From contig CAZJKG010000003.1 of NCBI GenBank assembly GCA_964546795.1, positions 22,305 to 86,304 of the forward strand: a stretch of DNA of 64,000 nucleotides. The letters are read 5' to 3'. Below are positions 47,918-57,347 of the stretch, one piece after another. Under the pieces are notes generated by a model, which saw only the letters and a list, made by a program, of their open reading frames with translations, was not told where the DNA came from and searched no databases. How positions within the stretch are numbered: position 1 is the stretch's first letter; each line of letters begins with the position of its first letter. A program made the position numbers and the translations under genes. The DNA is from an uncultured Candidatus Saccharibacteria bacterium (GTDB taxonomy: Bacteria > Patescibacteriota > Minisyncoccia > Phycocordibacterales > Phycocordibacteraceae).

Positions 47918-49417
47918 ATGAGCATTCTTATCGCGCTCGTCTCGGGATTCGCGAGCGGAGTGTTCCTCCGCTCGCTTTTTAGTTTTGGATGGGAGCTGAT
48001 GGTGTTCATCTTCCTACTCGCGGCGCTGTTTAGCGCCGCGGCATTTCTGAGACCGCGCATTGCGTATTCACTGTGCGCGTTATTCTGCCTCTGTGTCGCA
48101 TTCGGCATGATGCGTAGCGCGTTCGCTGACACTCCTTTGCCTGAATCATTCGCTCAAGATATTCGACATCGCGTCTCCTACGAAGGCATCGTCGTTACTG
48201 ATCCCGATGTGCGCGATGCGAATCAGCGCGTGGAGATACAGGTCTCAAAAGGGGATGATTCCACGAGGATTCTCGCGGTCGCCTCGCGCTCCACGAGCAT
48301 CGCGGTAGGGGACCGTGTGAATGTCTCTGGTACGCTCCTTGTGCCCGAGGCGTTTGCGGATGATAACGGCCGCATATTCCGTTATGACAAATATCTGGAG
48401 CGCGACGGCGTGCGTTTTATTCTCAACTTCGCTTTCATCCGTGTTGTTGAAGAATCTTCTTGGTATTCTTTGCCGGCTTTGTTCGCACGGATAAAACATT
48501 CATTCCTTGATGGTCTCGCGACAACGTTACCTGAACCATACGCATCACTTGCGGGCGGCATAGTGATAGGAGGGAAGTCCGGTCTCGGTAGCGAACTCAA
48601 GGGAGCATTTACTCGTTCCGGCCTCGTACATATTATCGTTCTCTCCGGCTATAACGTGATGGTGGTTGCAGAGTGGGTGATAGCCGCACTTGCACTCACG
48701 AAACTACCGAAGCGATGGGGTGCCTTCGTGGGAGCGTGCGCACTTCTCATCTTCGTCGGCATTGCGGGTGCTTCGACGACTGCAATTCGCGCCGCGCTCA
48801 TGGCACTCATCGCTCTCTATGCGAGAGCGACTGGCCGCACGTACGCAGCGGGTCGCGCACTTCTTATCGTCGTGTTTCTCATGCTCCTATGGAATCCGCT
48901 GTATCTCGTCTTTGACCCTGGATTCGGTCTATCGGTAGCAGCAACGGCAGGACTCATCTGGCTCGCGCCGCGTATTGAAATGCTTCTTGTATTATTGAAA
49001 AATGTTTTCTGGAAGGATGTGGTCGCAACAACTCTTGCCGCACAAATCTCTGTGTTCCCGCTTCTCCTCTATAATACCGGCAATCTCTCGCTCGTCGCTA
49101 TTCCGGCAAACCTTCTCGTCGCGCCGCTCATGCCGCTCGCGATGGGTCTTTCGGCGCTTGCGAGCTTCGCGGGAATGTTCTTCGGTCATATTGCGCCTTT
49201 TCTCGGTATCGTGCTCGGATTTCCCGCGTATCTTGTCAATGCCTATCTGATATTCATTGCACAAAAATCCGCCGCACTGCCTTTTGCGGCCTTTACGCTT
49301 CCGCCATTTCCGTTCTGGCTTGTGCTCGTTTCTTATACCGCACTTATCTTTGTTGCTTCCTCAAAACGCTTTTCAACAACACTCCAGTTGAGATTCGCAA
49401 AGAAAGCGTCAATATAA
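47918..49417 (+). CDS. comEC: ComEC/Rec2 competence channel protein (DUF4131 plus competence domain; no beta-lactamase domain)
   Basis: 499 aa polytopic membrane protein with ComEC-typical N-terminal and core helices. Confidence 0.78.
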   Translation: MSILIALVSGFASGVFLRSLFSFGWELMVFIFLLAALFSAAAFLRPRIAYSLCALFCLCVAFGMMRSAFADTPLPESFAQDIRHRVSYEGIVVTDPDVRDANQRVEIQVSKGDDSTRILAVASRSTSIAVGDRVNVSGTLLVPEAFADDNGRIFRYDKYLERDGVRFILNFAFIRVVEESSWYSLPALFARIKHSFLDGLATTLPEPYASLAGGIVIGGKSGLGSELKGAFTRSGLVHIIVLSGYNVMVVAEWVIAALALTKLPKRWGAFVGACALLIFVGIAGASTTAIRAALMALIALYARATGRTYAAGRALLIVVFLMLLWNPLYLVFDPGFGLSVAATAGLIWLAPRIEMLLVLLKNVFWKDVVATTLAAQISVFPLLLYNTGNLSLVAIPANLLVAPLMPLAMGLSALASFAGMFFGHIAPFLGIVLGFPAYLVNAYLIFIAQKSAALPFAAFTLPPFPFWLVLVSYTALIFVASSKRFSTTLQLRFAKKASI

Positions 49418-49950
49418 TTTTTCTTCTCCGCCGGTACATAGTCCACCATGTACGCATGTTCCCATAGATCAAGCGCTAGAAGGATCGGCAGGCCTGCAAG
49501 CTGTCCTGTCTCGTGATCGCTTACAAATACAGTGTGAATTGTCTTCGCTGTAGGATCGCTATAGACGACGACCCAACCGATGCCGCGACTCCCAGCAACT
49601 TCTCTGATATGCGCTTCAAGTCCTTTCCCTCCATACTTTTCGGCAGTAGTCGAGGCGAGCGCTGAATTCTTATTCGACGCTGTAGCCCCGCCTTCAAACT
49701 GGCCGAAGTAATATTCGTGCATGCGCATGCCGTCAAACTCAAACGCGAAGCGTCGACGCAACTCCGCAACGATGTACGAATCAAGTTCAACCTGTCCGGC
49801 ACGAACGGCTGCAAGTTTTTCCATAATGAGGTTCACGTGCTTCACATACCCCTCATAGAGAGCGAGATGCACTTTGATCTGTTTTTCCGAAAGCCCGTTC
49901 ATGGCCGGGAGATTGAACTGTTTTGCGATGTATTGCATATCCCACATCAT
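49333..49950 (-). CDS. sodA: Fe/Mn superoxide dismutase
   Basis: DLWEHAYY-like DLWEHAYM motif; overall SOD fold signature. Confidence 0.93.
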   Translation of the reverse strand: MMWDMQYIAKQFNLPAMNGLSEKQIKVHLALYEGYVKHVNLIMEKLAAVRAGQVELDSYIVAELRRRFAFEFDGMRMHEYYFGQFEGGATASNKNSALASTTAEKYGGKGLEAHIREVAGSRGIGWVVVYSDPTAKTIHTVFVSDHETGQLAGLPILLALDLWEHAYMVDYVPAEKKNYIDAFFANLNWSVVEKRFEEATKISAV

Positions 49951-49968
49951 ACTCTATACTTCCAACAT

Positions 49969-50286
49969 ATGAACATGGAATCACTTGGACAGAACGGCGG
50001 TATTGAGGGACTGATGTCTGCTTTTATTGATAATCACCCGGAATATAAAGAAAAGAATTTCACTCGAGAGGAAATTCATCAGGCAGCGGAACTCATTAAA
50101 AATCGGGATGCAAGTTCGGTTCAGGAAATGTTGCAACGCGCACTTGACGCTCGTGTTGCTGTGCGAGGGGTCAAAGAGAAAATGCCGGTGATAAATAATC
50201 GGGATGCGGTGATTGGTATAGGAAGCACACTAGAAGAAGCACGAGCGATGTATAGAAAAGATAACGAGACGCGCGACTCAATATAA
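49969..50286 (+). CDS. Hypothetical protein (105 aa), AT-rich
   Basis: ATG at 49969 (MNMESLGQNGG...). No family recognised. Confidence 0.4.
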   Translation: MNMESLGQNGGIEGLMSAFIDNHPEYKEKNFTREEIHQAAELIKNRDASSVQEMLQRALDARVAVRGVKEKMPVINNRDAVIGIGSTLEEARAMYRKDNETRDSI

Positions 50287-50335
50287 TAAATAGATGAAGG
50301 GCGCCCGCGACGTATCGCGAGCGCCCAAAACGACT

Positions 50336-50491
50336 TAATGAACGGTCACCACTGTGCGGTTAAAATCTGCTGCAAAAGATAGAATTTCGAGTGCCCGCTT
50401 GGGACCGTTCTTCCGAATCAACTGCTCGATACTCTTGTCGCCCGGATCAATGAGACGAATCCGAGCGGTCTCCTCTAGAGTTCTCGGTCTC
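50336..50491 (-). CDS. Small hypothetical protein (52 aa) below the ORF-track size cutoff
   Basis: Hand translation gives MRPRTLEETARIRLIDPGDKSIEQLIRKNGPKRALEILSFAADFNRTVVTVH. A strong SD AAGGAGGAGGG lies 5 nt upstream. Confidence 0.35.
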
Positions 50492-50548
50492 ATCGTCCCT
50501 CCTCCTTGTGTTGGGTTCCTGAAATACCATACTATACTTTGCTGAATT

Positions 50549-51065
50549 ATGCAAGTTTTTCAAAATAGTAGGTTTCTGTTCCTCTGTATCGTGATTCTTA
50601 TAGCAGCGAACATTTTCGTGTATCGCGCAGTGGTCGCGCCGCACATATTAAAAGTATCGGTGTTGGAAGTGGGTCCGCCAGCCGGCGGAGGCAACGCAAT
50701 TTTGATACAAAGTCAGAACGGAAAAACATTTCTCGTAGATACCGGACCGGACGCGAGCATTCCGTGCTCTCGGAGAGACATTGCCGATGTGGCAGAGAAA
50801 TATTGATGCCGTCATTCTTACAGGCACGAAGACCTCTTTTGTCGGAGGGTTACCGGAAGTTGAAAGTCGATATCGTGTCGGAGCGCGTATGCATTTTGGC
50901 GACGCTGTCGTTCCATACGGTACGTCTCTGACGTTTGACGGATTTCGTATTGAAATAATTTCTCCCGGAACACTTATCGTCTCCTATGGCGCGACTTTGT
51001 TCACTATCTCCTCCTCCACGCCCGCAGGTACCTATATTTCAGACGGAGTATCTATACAGAAATAA
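50549..51065 (+). pseudogene. ComEC-type metallo-beta-lactamase domain in two overlapping frames (frameshift near 50790)
   Basis: ORF 50549..50806 (LEVGPPAGGGNAILIQSQNGKTFLVDTGPD) and ORF 50781..51065 (IDAVILTGTKTSFVGGLPEV) together resemble the ComEC C-terminal MBL domain, which is missing from comEC at 47918..49417. Confidence 0.5.
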
Positions 51066-51070
51066 GATGT

Positions 51071-51147
51071 GAGCCGGAAAACTGAAAAAAGAGAGTAGGA
51101 CTTGGCCTAGCGGCCCGGAGCGCTCTCTTTTTTCAGTTTTCCGGCTC
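51071..51147. repeat. Hairpin repeat copy B: perfect 25-bp stem with a 27-nt loop TAGGACTTGGCCTAGCGGCCCGGAGCG, immediately after the rpmB stop
   Basis: GAGCCGGAAAACTGAAAAAAGAGAG / CTCTCTTTTTTCAGTTTTCCGGCTC. The loop matches copy A (1009-1059) at 25 of 27 positions. Confidence 0.6.
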
Positions 51148-51389
51148 TAAATCGCACCAACTTTTTTCAATGCGGCAAAAGCGCCGTTCTTCTTGATGGT
51201 CTTAAGTCCTTTCATTGAAACGATTGTGATGATGGTCTTTCCAAGTTCGCTTACATAAATACGGCGCTTTTGGAGATTCGCCTTACGACGCACCTTGCCG
51301 GTGGGGTTGAATTGCGTTGCGCGGGTGCGGTTGGAATACCGTCCGCCAATTTGCGTCGATTTACCCGTTATTTCACATTGTCTTGTCAT
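51147..51389 (-). CDS. rpmB: 50S ribosomal protein L28
   Basis: MTRQCEITGKSTQIGGRYSNRTRATQFNPTGKVRRK... (80 aa). The ORF-track entry is over-extended at its 5' end. Confidence 0.9.
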   Translation of the reverse strand: MTRQCEITGKSTQIGGRYSNRTRATQFNPTGKVRRKANLQKRRIYVSELGKTIITIVSMKGLKTIKKNGAFAALKKVGAI

Positions 51390-51540
51390 AGTGACCGCAT
51401 GGTAGCATACCCCATAGCACAACTCAATACGAACATGAAAAATCAACGAACGATTATTTTTTCTCCATACGAATCGGCAAAGTGGCACGTGCGATTTTGT
51501 TCAGTCGTGCAACGGGGCAGGGGGTTCTAAACCGGAAAAC

Positions 51541-52176
51541 ATGGACACTATTCTTCCGCTCATCGTTCTCATCCTCTCCATCATCGTGCACGAATTGGCG
51601 CACGGCTACGCCGCAAACTCTCTCGGTGACCCGACCGCCCGGTTAGCTGGCCGCCTCACCATGAACCCACTCTCTCACATCGATTTCATGGGCTCGATAG
51701 TCATCCCTGCGCTTCTCGTCTTTACCAACTCGCCTATACTCTTCGGTTGGGCGAAGCCCGTTCCCTATAACCCGTACAATCTAAGGAATCAGCGTTGGGG
51801 CGAAGCGTTTGTTGCAGTCGCCGGAAGCGCGACGAACATCCTCCTCGCACTTATTTTCGGATTCATCGTGCGTTTTGGTACTTCTATAGGGTTTGATGCA
51901 ACAGCTCTTTCGCTCGCCGCAACTATCGCGTTCATCAATCTCTTCCTCGGCCTTTTCAATCTCATTCCGTTCCCGCCGCTCGATGGTTTTACCACACTGC
52001 GCTCCGCGCTTCCGTGGCATCTTTCTTCCGGCCTACACCATCTGGAACAGCAGATCCGCAATGCGGGGGCTCTCTCGCTCATTCTGTTCCTTTTCATCTT
52101 TTCGTATCTGTTCGCGGGACCGTTTTTCAACCTCATCCTCTGGCTCTTCGGACTCATCACGGGCGGCAGTGTATAG
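51541..52176 (+). CDS. Site-2 protease family (peptidase M50) zinc metalloprotease
   Basis: HELAHG within TM1, a second LDGG-like motif (PPLDGF), multi-TM topology. Confidence 0.8.
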   Translation: MDTILPLIVLILSIIVHELAHGYAANSLGDPTARLAGRLTMNPLSHIDFMGSIVIPALLVFTNSPILFGWAKPVPYNPYNLRNQRWGEAFVAVAGSATNILLALIFGFIVRFGTSIGFDATALSLAATIAFINLFLGLFNLIPFPPLDGFTTLRSALPWHLSSGLHHLEQQIRNAGALSLILFLFIFSYLFAGPFFNLILWLFGLITGGSV

Positions 52177-52184
52177 TACGGCCT

Positions 52185-52445
52185 ATGGACTTCAATAAAA
52201 TCCCCAAGCAATTTTGTGAGAACGTCGTGGCAGGGCACTCGGGAGAGAATTTTGTCATGCTTATGAGTGTTGGTGAGACAGCGAACGCTTATGCTCTCAC
52301 GCCCCCTCATATGAAGCGTCTGGTGCAAAGTTTGTCTCATCAGGTTGCGGAATATGAGAAAAAGTTCGGCACCATACAAGCGAAATGGTCTCCAGGCATC
52401 GAGAGTCCGCTTCAATCCAAAGATATCAAGGGCAGCGGGGCATAA
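52185..52445 (+). CDS. Small hypothetical protein (86 aa), possibly DUF3467-like
   Basis: The start at MDFNKIPKQF... (ATG 52185) is chosen because the ORF-track start overlaps the upstream protease gene. Confidence 0.4.
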   Translation: MDFNKIPKQFCENVVAGHSGENFVMLMSVGETANAYALTPPHMKRLVQSLSHQVAEYEKKFGTIQAKWSPGIESPLQSKDIKGSGA

Positions 52446-52450
52446 TACGC

Positions 52451-52639
52451 TTAGAACCCATCTCAAAAATAACCGTGAGAAATAACCGGAAGCCCGCTTG
52501 GCCGCTGCGACGCGGATTTTCCGGCTCCGGCAGGTAGCGGCTCGAACTCGGCGTATCTCGATACGCCTCGTTCTCTGCCGACCCGCCTCGCTCGGAAAAT
52601 CCGCGTCTCGCCAGGCCATTATTTTTGAGATGGGTTCTA
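52451..52639. repeat. 189-bp nested palindromic element with 21-bp perfect terminal inverted repeats
   Basis: Outer IR TAGAACCCATCTCAAAAATAA / TTATTTTTGAGATGGGTTCTA. Inner IR GACGCGGATTTTCCG / CGGAAAATCCGCGTC. Central palindrome GGCGTATC-TC-GATACGCC. Lies directly upstream of the T4SS-like gene set. Confidence 0.6.
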
Positions 52640-52693
52640 GATCTTTTCAACTCCCTCCATTTTCCGCCGCGTGCGACTGCTATACTGAAGAGG

Positions 52694-53119
52694 ATGGAGT
52701 ACCAGGTACCGCAGTTCATCGAGGTTGAAGATAAGATAGTCGGACCTTTGACCTTGAGGCAGTTCATCTACGTCGCCGGCGCGGGCGGACTTTGCATTAT
52801 TTTCTTTGTGTATCTGCCAATACTTTTTGCATTTTTGCTCTCTATACCGGTGGTGGCGTTCGCTGCAGCCCTCACGTTCTATAAAATAAACGGTAAATCA
52901 TTCATCGAAATACTGGAAGCTGGCTTCAACTATTACACGGGGGCAAAATTCTTCCTCTGGAAGCATGGGGGGTCAGAAACGGAAAAGGAGCCGGGTCCCA
53001 CGAACGCGGCCGCGGCGGCCGCGGAAACCGCAGCTCTCAAAGCGCATGGCACTCCGAAACTTACGCGAGGAAAACTTTCGGAGCTTGCATGGTCGCTCGA
53101 TATCAAAACCCCTAAATAA
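52694..53119 (+). CDS. Small two-TM membrane protein, PrgI/VirB3-like
   Basis: MEYQVPQFIEVEDKIVGPLTLRQFIYVAGAGGLCIIFFVYLPILFAFLLSIPVVAFAAALTFYKING.... Position and topology resemble T4SS VirB3/PrgI. The start is uncertain (the ORF-track start lies inside the palindrome). Confidence 0.5.
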   Translation: MEYQVPQFIEVEDKIVGPLTLRQFIYVAGAGGLCIIFFVYLPILFAFLLSIPVVAFAAALTFYKINGKSFIEILEAGFNYYTGAKFFLWKHGGSETEKEPGPTNAAAAAAETAALKAHGTPKLTRGKLSELAWSLDIKTPK

Positions 53120-53120
53120 T

Positions 53121-53756
53121 ATGGCGGTAAAACCAGCAGGCGCAACTCAGCAGTTTGTCCCGGTCAAGGAGATTCGGAACGGCGTCATCGTCCTTAAGGA
53201 TGGTGGGTACCGTGGCGCACTCATCTGCTCTTCCGTGAACTTCGGGCTCAAGTCCGCCGATGAACAACACGCGATAACGCTCGGCTTCCAGAACTTCCTT
53301 AATACGCTCGATTTCTCCATTCAGATCGTCGTGAACTCGCGCAAGATGGACCTGCGTCCTTATCTCTCATTTCTGGAGGAAAAAGCTCCGGAACAGAAAA
53401 CCGAGCTCATGCGGATACAGCTGCATGAATATATTTCATTCGTCCGGTCTTTCACCGATCAGGCGAATATCATGACGAAATCATTCTATATCATCGTGCC
53501 GTATGCTCCGCGTGTTTCCGCCACCCGTGCGGTCAGTTTTCTGCGGCGCGACAGTGAGTCCGTGAAAAACGCTGCGGCCGCCACTTCTTTCGAGGAGGAT
53601 CGCGCGCAACTTGACCAGCGACTTTCGCTCGTCTCCGGCAGCTTAGCGGGTACCGGCGTGCGCGCGGCGGTACTCGGCACCGAAGAAGTTATTGAGCTCC
53701 TGTATCGCTCTTTCAACCCCGGCGAATTGGAAAACCCTATTCGTCTCGATACCTAA
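53121..53756 (+). CDS. VirB4/TraC-like conjugation ATPase, N-terminal domain (separate ORF)
   Basis: MAVKPAGATQQFVPVKEIRNGVIVLKDGGYRGALICSSVNFGLKSADEQHAI... matches the characteristic N-terminus of Gram-positive/CPR-type VirB4 homologues. Confidence 0.7.
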   Translation: MAVKPAGATQQFVPVKEIRNGVIVLKDGGYRGALICSSVNFGLKSADEQHAITLGFQNFLNTLDFSIQIVVNSRKMDLRPYLSFLEEKAPEQKTELMRIQLHEYISFVRSFTDQANIMTKSFYIIVPYAPRVSATRAVSFLRRDSESVKNAAAATSFEEDRAQLDQRLSLVSGSLAGTGVRAAVLGTEEVIELLYRSFNPGELENPIRLDT

Positions 53757-53758
53757 CT

Positions 53759-55576
53759 ATGGCACTGCTTGATTTTTTCAATCGTAAAAAAGAGGAGCCG
53801 GCGATAACATCGGTCCTGCCTGGAGACATCTACAAACAGGGTTACTTGGACCTCGTTGACACCATAGCACCGACGGCGCTCAAGATCAGTCCACGCGAGC
53901 TTGAACTCGGAGAAAAATTCGTCCGCGCTTTCTACACCATCTCCTACCCGCGTTTCCTTTCCGACAGCTGGTTCTCACCCATCATCAATCTCGACAAAGT
54001 GCTCGATATCTCTTTATTCATTCATCCGATAGAAACCGAGCAGGCGCTGCGCGGTTTCCAGAAGAAGGTTGCCGAGGTTCAGAGCCAGATCAACGAGCGC
54101 GAAGCAAAAGGGCTTGTGCGCGATCCTTTGCTCGACACCGCGTATCAGGATCTTGAGAGTTTGCGAGACAATCTGCAGCAGGCCCAAGAAAAATTGTTTG
54201 AAGTCGGTCTCTATCTTGCTCTCTACGGCGACTCCAAAGAAGAAATTGACAAAACCGAAGGCGACATCCGGGGCATCTTGGATGCCAAACTCGTCTACAC
54301 CAAACCAGCGCTCTTTCAGCAGGAGCAGGGATTTCGTTCGTGTCTTCCGCTTGGCACCGACGAACTCCTTGTCAATTCAAAACTGAACTCTTCACCGCTT
54401 TCCTCTATCTTTCCTTTTGTCTCCTTCGACCTCACAAGCGACCGCGGCATCCTCTATGGCATCAATCGCCACAATTCTTCGCTTATTCTTTTCGACCGCT
54501 TCTCGCTCGAGAACTATAATTCGGTCGTATTCGCGAAGTCCGGCTCCGGCAAAAGTTATGCGACAAAACTCGAGATATTGCGTTCCCTTATGTTCGGCAC
54601 TGACGTTATCGTCATCGACCCAGAGCGCGAGTACGAGCAGCTCGCGGAATCCACGGGCGGACGTTCATTTCATATTTCGCTCTCCTCAAAACACCATATC
54701 AATCCGTTCGATCTCCCTCCGGTCAAAGAAGACGAGGATCCGAAGGACATCTTGCGCTCCAACATCATTGCGCTCGTCGGACTCTTTCGCATCATGCTCT
54801 CCGGCCTCTCGCCCGAGGAAGACGCCATTGTTGACCGCGCTATCAGCGAAACGTATGCGCTCAAAGACATCACTGGTGATGTCGATTTCACGAACGCAGA
54901 GCCGCCGCTGCTGTCCGATTTCGAACAGGTACTCTCCGGCATGCAGGGGAGTGAGTCCTTGGTTGAACGTCTCTCCAAATACACCCGCGGGACCTGGGCG
55001 GGATTCCTGAACCAGCCGACCAATATCGATCTCAAACAGCAGTTCGTAGTGTTCTCAGTGCGTGATATGGAGGATGAATTAAAACCGGTGGCGATGTACA
55101 TCATCACGCACTATATCTGGAACGCGGTGCGCCATGACCTGAAGAAACGACTGCTTGTGATCGACGAGGCATGGTGGATGATGAAGAGCGAGGACACCGC
55201 TTCTTTCCTCTATTCCGTTGCGAAGCGCGGACGCAAATACTATCTGGGCGTCTGCACCATCACGCAGGACGTCGAGGATTTCTTGAAGAGTCCGTACGGG
55301 CGACCGATCCTCACCAACTCTTCTCTGCAACTGCTGTTGAAACAGTCGCCGACGACCATTGATGTACTGCAACAAACCTTCAATCTCACCGATGAAGAGA
55401 AATATCTCTTGCTTGAAGCCGGGGTGGGCGAGGGGCTTTTCTTCGCGGGATTAAAGCATGTCGCCATCAAGATTGTTGCGAGCTATACCGAAGACCAAAT
55501 AATAACTTCTGATCCCTCGCAGCTCCTTGCGATAAAGGAGGAGAAGGAGCGTCATGCCATTACGCAAAAACAATAG
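53759..55576 (+). CDS. VirB4/TraC-like conjugation ATPase, C-terminal ATPase domain
   Basis: Walker A FAKSGSGKSYATK, Walker B LLVIDEAWWMM. The start is 2 nt after the stop of the N-terminal-domain ORF, in a different frame. Confidence 0.85.
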   Translation: MALLDFFNRKKEEPAITSVLPGDIYKQGYLDLVDTIAPTALKISPRELELGEKFVRAFYTISYPRFLSDSWFSPIINLDKVLDISLFIHPIETEQALRGFQKKVAEVQSQINEREAKGLVRDPLLDTAYQDLESLRDNLQQAQEKLFEVGLYLALYGDSKEEIDKTEGDIRGILDAKLVYTKPALFQQEQGFRSCLPLGTDELLVNSKLNSSPLSSIFPFVSFDLTSDRGILYGINRHNSSLILFDRFSLENYNSVVFAKSGSGKSYATKLEILRSLMFGTDVIVIDPEREYEQLAESTGGRSFHISLSSKHHINPFDLPPVKEDEDPKDILRSNIIALVGLFRIMLSGLSPEEDAIVDRAISETYALKDITGDVDFTNAEPPLLSDFEQVLSGMQGSESLVERLSKYTRGTWAGFLNQPTNIDLKQQFVVFSVRDMEDELKPVAMYIITHYIWNAVRHDLKKRLLVIDEAWWMMKSEDTASFLYSVAKRGRKYYLGVCTITQDVEDFLKSPYGRPILTNSSLQLLLKQSPTTIDVLQQTFNLTDEEKYLLLEAGVGEGLFFAGLKHVAIKIVASYTEDQIITSDPSQLLAIKEEKERHAITQKQ

Positions 55577-55595
55577 ACCGGCACCGCCCGAAGTA

Positions 55596-56240
55596 ATGAC
55601 GTGGACGAGAGCAACGCCAGTACTCGTTATCTGCTTGGTATTTGATGCTCTGGGTTCCTTCTTCGCTATGTTCTGGCTTATCGGCCCAGCATTAGCTGCT
55701 GCATACTGTGTTGCAGAAGGGGGTACTGCTTTAGAGACATGGACATTAGGATTGTTGGGGACAAAAACAGCAGCGGCAGTGTGTTCTTATGGTGCCGTCA
55801 AGGCCGGAGCCATCCTTTCGGCACCGCTCACAACATTCGGGACCGTGATGGATATGGCTATTGGTCTCTTCGGTTGGCTCACGGTCGGACTCATACTTAT
55901 CATTACCAATGCACGTATATTTAAAGAAAATGTTAGCCATACGGTCTGGTTCGTTGGTTCTCTTCTTGTAAGCGAAGTGCCGATTATTGGTACCGTGCCC
56001 GCGCTCTCGGTCACGATGTGGCGGCTGTATCACGCCCAGATCAAAAAGGAGAAGGAGGACATGAAGCGATATGAGAGTGAGAACGCGACTGCCCGCCAAG
56101 AAGAAAAACGTCAGCAGACCGAACAGCTCATGCGCATCAACGCTGCAAAACTGGCGCAGGATGAGACGGCAACAGAAGAAGAAACCGCTATGGAACAGGC
56201 CTCAGCGGAAATCCCCGAAGAAATGAGTGGGTCAAGATGA
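55596..56240 (+). CDS. Polytopic membrane protein with a charged C-terminal tail; T4SS-associated, function unknown
   Basis: 4-5 hydrophobic helices, then an E/K/Q-rich tail. The start is chosen downstream of the VirB4 stop; 55554 is an alternative. Confidence 0.5.
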   Translation: MTWTRATPVLVICLVFDALGSFFAMFWLIGPALAAAYCVAEGGTALETWTLGLLGTKTAAAVCSYGAVKAGAILSAPLTTFGTVMDMAIGLFGWLTVGLILIITNARIFKENVSHTVWFVGSLLVSEVPIIGTVPALSVTMWRLYHAQIKKEKEDMKRYESENATARQEEKRQQTEQLMRINAAKLAQDETATEEETAMEQASAEIPEEMSGSR

Positions 56241-56268
56241 ACTCTTTTATAGGATATATACTAGAGAC

Positions 56269-57282
56269 ATGGTTCCGCGCACTTTAGGATTCTTCCTGAT
56301 GATGTTTTTTGGTACGGTGCTCATGCTTCCGCTATCATCATCGGCACAATCTTTCGAAGATCTGGGGGATACGAGCGGCAACGCCTTTACGCTCTCAGCG
56401 CGTCCGCAATATCCGGCACCCTATAGCCAAGCGACACTCTCCCTTCTCTCGAGCTCTCTTGACCTCACAAACGCGACAATGACCGTCTCGCTCGCCGGCA
56501 AGGAAATATATAAAGGTGCAGTGCAACCAGTCGCCATCTCGCTTGGCAAGGCGGGAAGCGTTGCAAACGTGAACGTGACGCTTTCCGTAAATGGACTGAG
56601 TTACAGCCAAACACTCGTCATACAGCCCCAAGATGTCGTACTGGTCGCCGAACCCATCTCTTCGGCTCCGCCCTTGTACCTCGGCAAGCCATCGGTTCCG
56701 CTTGAAGGAAGCGTGCGGGTCGTTGCAATGGCGAATCTGAAGGATGCTGGCGGTAAAGCACTTAATCCAAATCTGCTCTCTTACGCGTGGACGGTCGACG
56801 ATACCCAGATAGCGAACGCCTCCGGTATCGGCAAACAGGCGATTATGGTCGCTTCACCGCTTCAGTACCGCGAACGATCGGTCTCGGTCACCGTTCAGAG
56901 CCAAAACGGGAGTTTGGTCGGCGGCGCATCACTCTCACTCACCGCCCAAGAACCTTCGGTGCGCATGTATAAAAACGACCCATTGCTTGGTATCCGTTAC
57001 GACCATGCTCTCTCCGACTCCTATGCCATTGCGGGTTCAGAAACAACGTTCTACGCAGCACCGTTTTCCCTACCAACGAGCGGCGGCGTGCCGCTCATTC
57101 AGTGGTTCTTGGACGGCGCAGCAGCACAGACGGGAAATTCCATAACACTGCGACCCGCCGGTAGCGGACAGGGGAATTCTTCGCTTTCCCTCGTCGCTTC
57201 TGCAGGCAACTCTGCGACAGCAAGCATGAATCTCTTACTTTCTTTTGGGACGCAATCGGGCTTTAACTTCTTCGGCTTATGA
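56269..57282 (+). CDS. Secreted hypothetical protein
   Basis: Signal peptide MVPRTLGFFLMMFFGTVLMLPLSSSAQS. Ser/Thr-rich. Confidence 0.5.
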   Translation: MVPRTLGFFLMMFFGTVLMLPLSSSAQSFEDLGDTSGNAFTLSARPQYPAPYSQATLSLLSSSLDLTNATMTVSLAGKEIYKGAVQPVAISLGKAGSVANVNVTLSVNGLSYSQTLVIQPQDVVLVAEPISSAPPLYLGKPSVPLEGSVRVVAMANLKDAGGKALNPNLLSYAWTVDDTQIANASGIGKQAIMVASPLQYRERSVSVTVQSQNGSLVGGASLSLTAQEPSVRMYKNDPLLGIRYDHALSDSYAIAGSETTFYAAPFSLPTSGGVPLIQWFLDGAAAQTGNSITLRPAGSGQGNSSLSLVASAGNSATASMNLLLSFGTQSGFNFFGL

Positions 57283-57284
57283 GT

Positions 57285-57347
57285 CCCGTTAGAGACAAAA
57301 CATTGAAAATGTTTACCGACTTATGGACAAGTCGGGTCTCTAATAGG
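57285..57347. repeat. Start-codon-abutting inverted-repeat element, copy 4 (short, 63 bp)
   Basis: Termini CCCGTTAGAGAC / GTCTCTAATAGG (10/12 complementary). The left end overlaps the upstream stop as ATGA. The right end abuts the ATG of the pilin-like gene. The interior holds two small hairpins. Confidence 0.5.
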
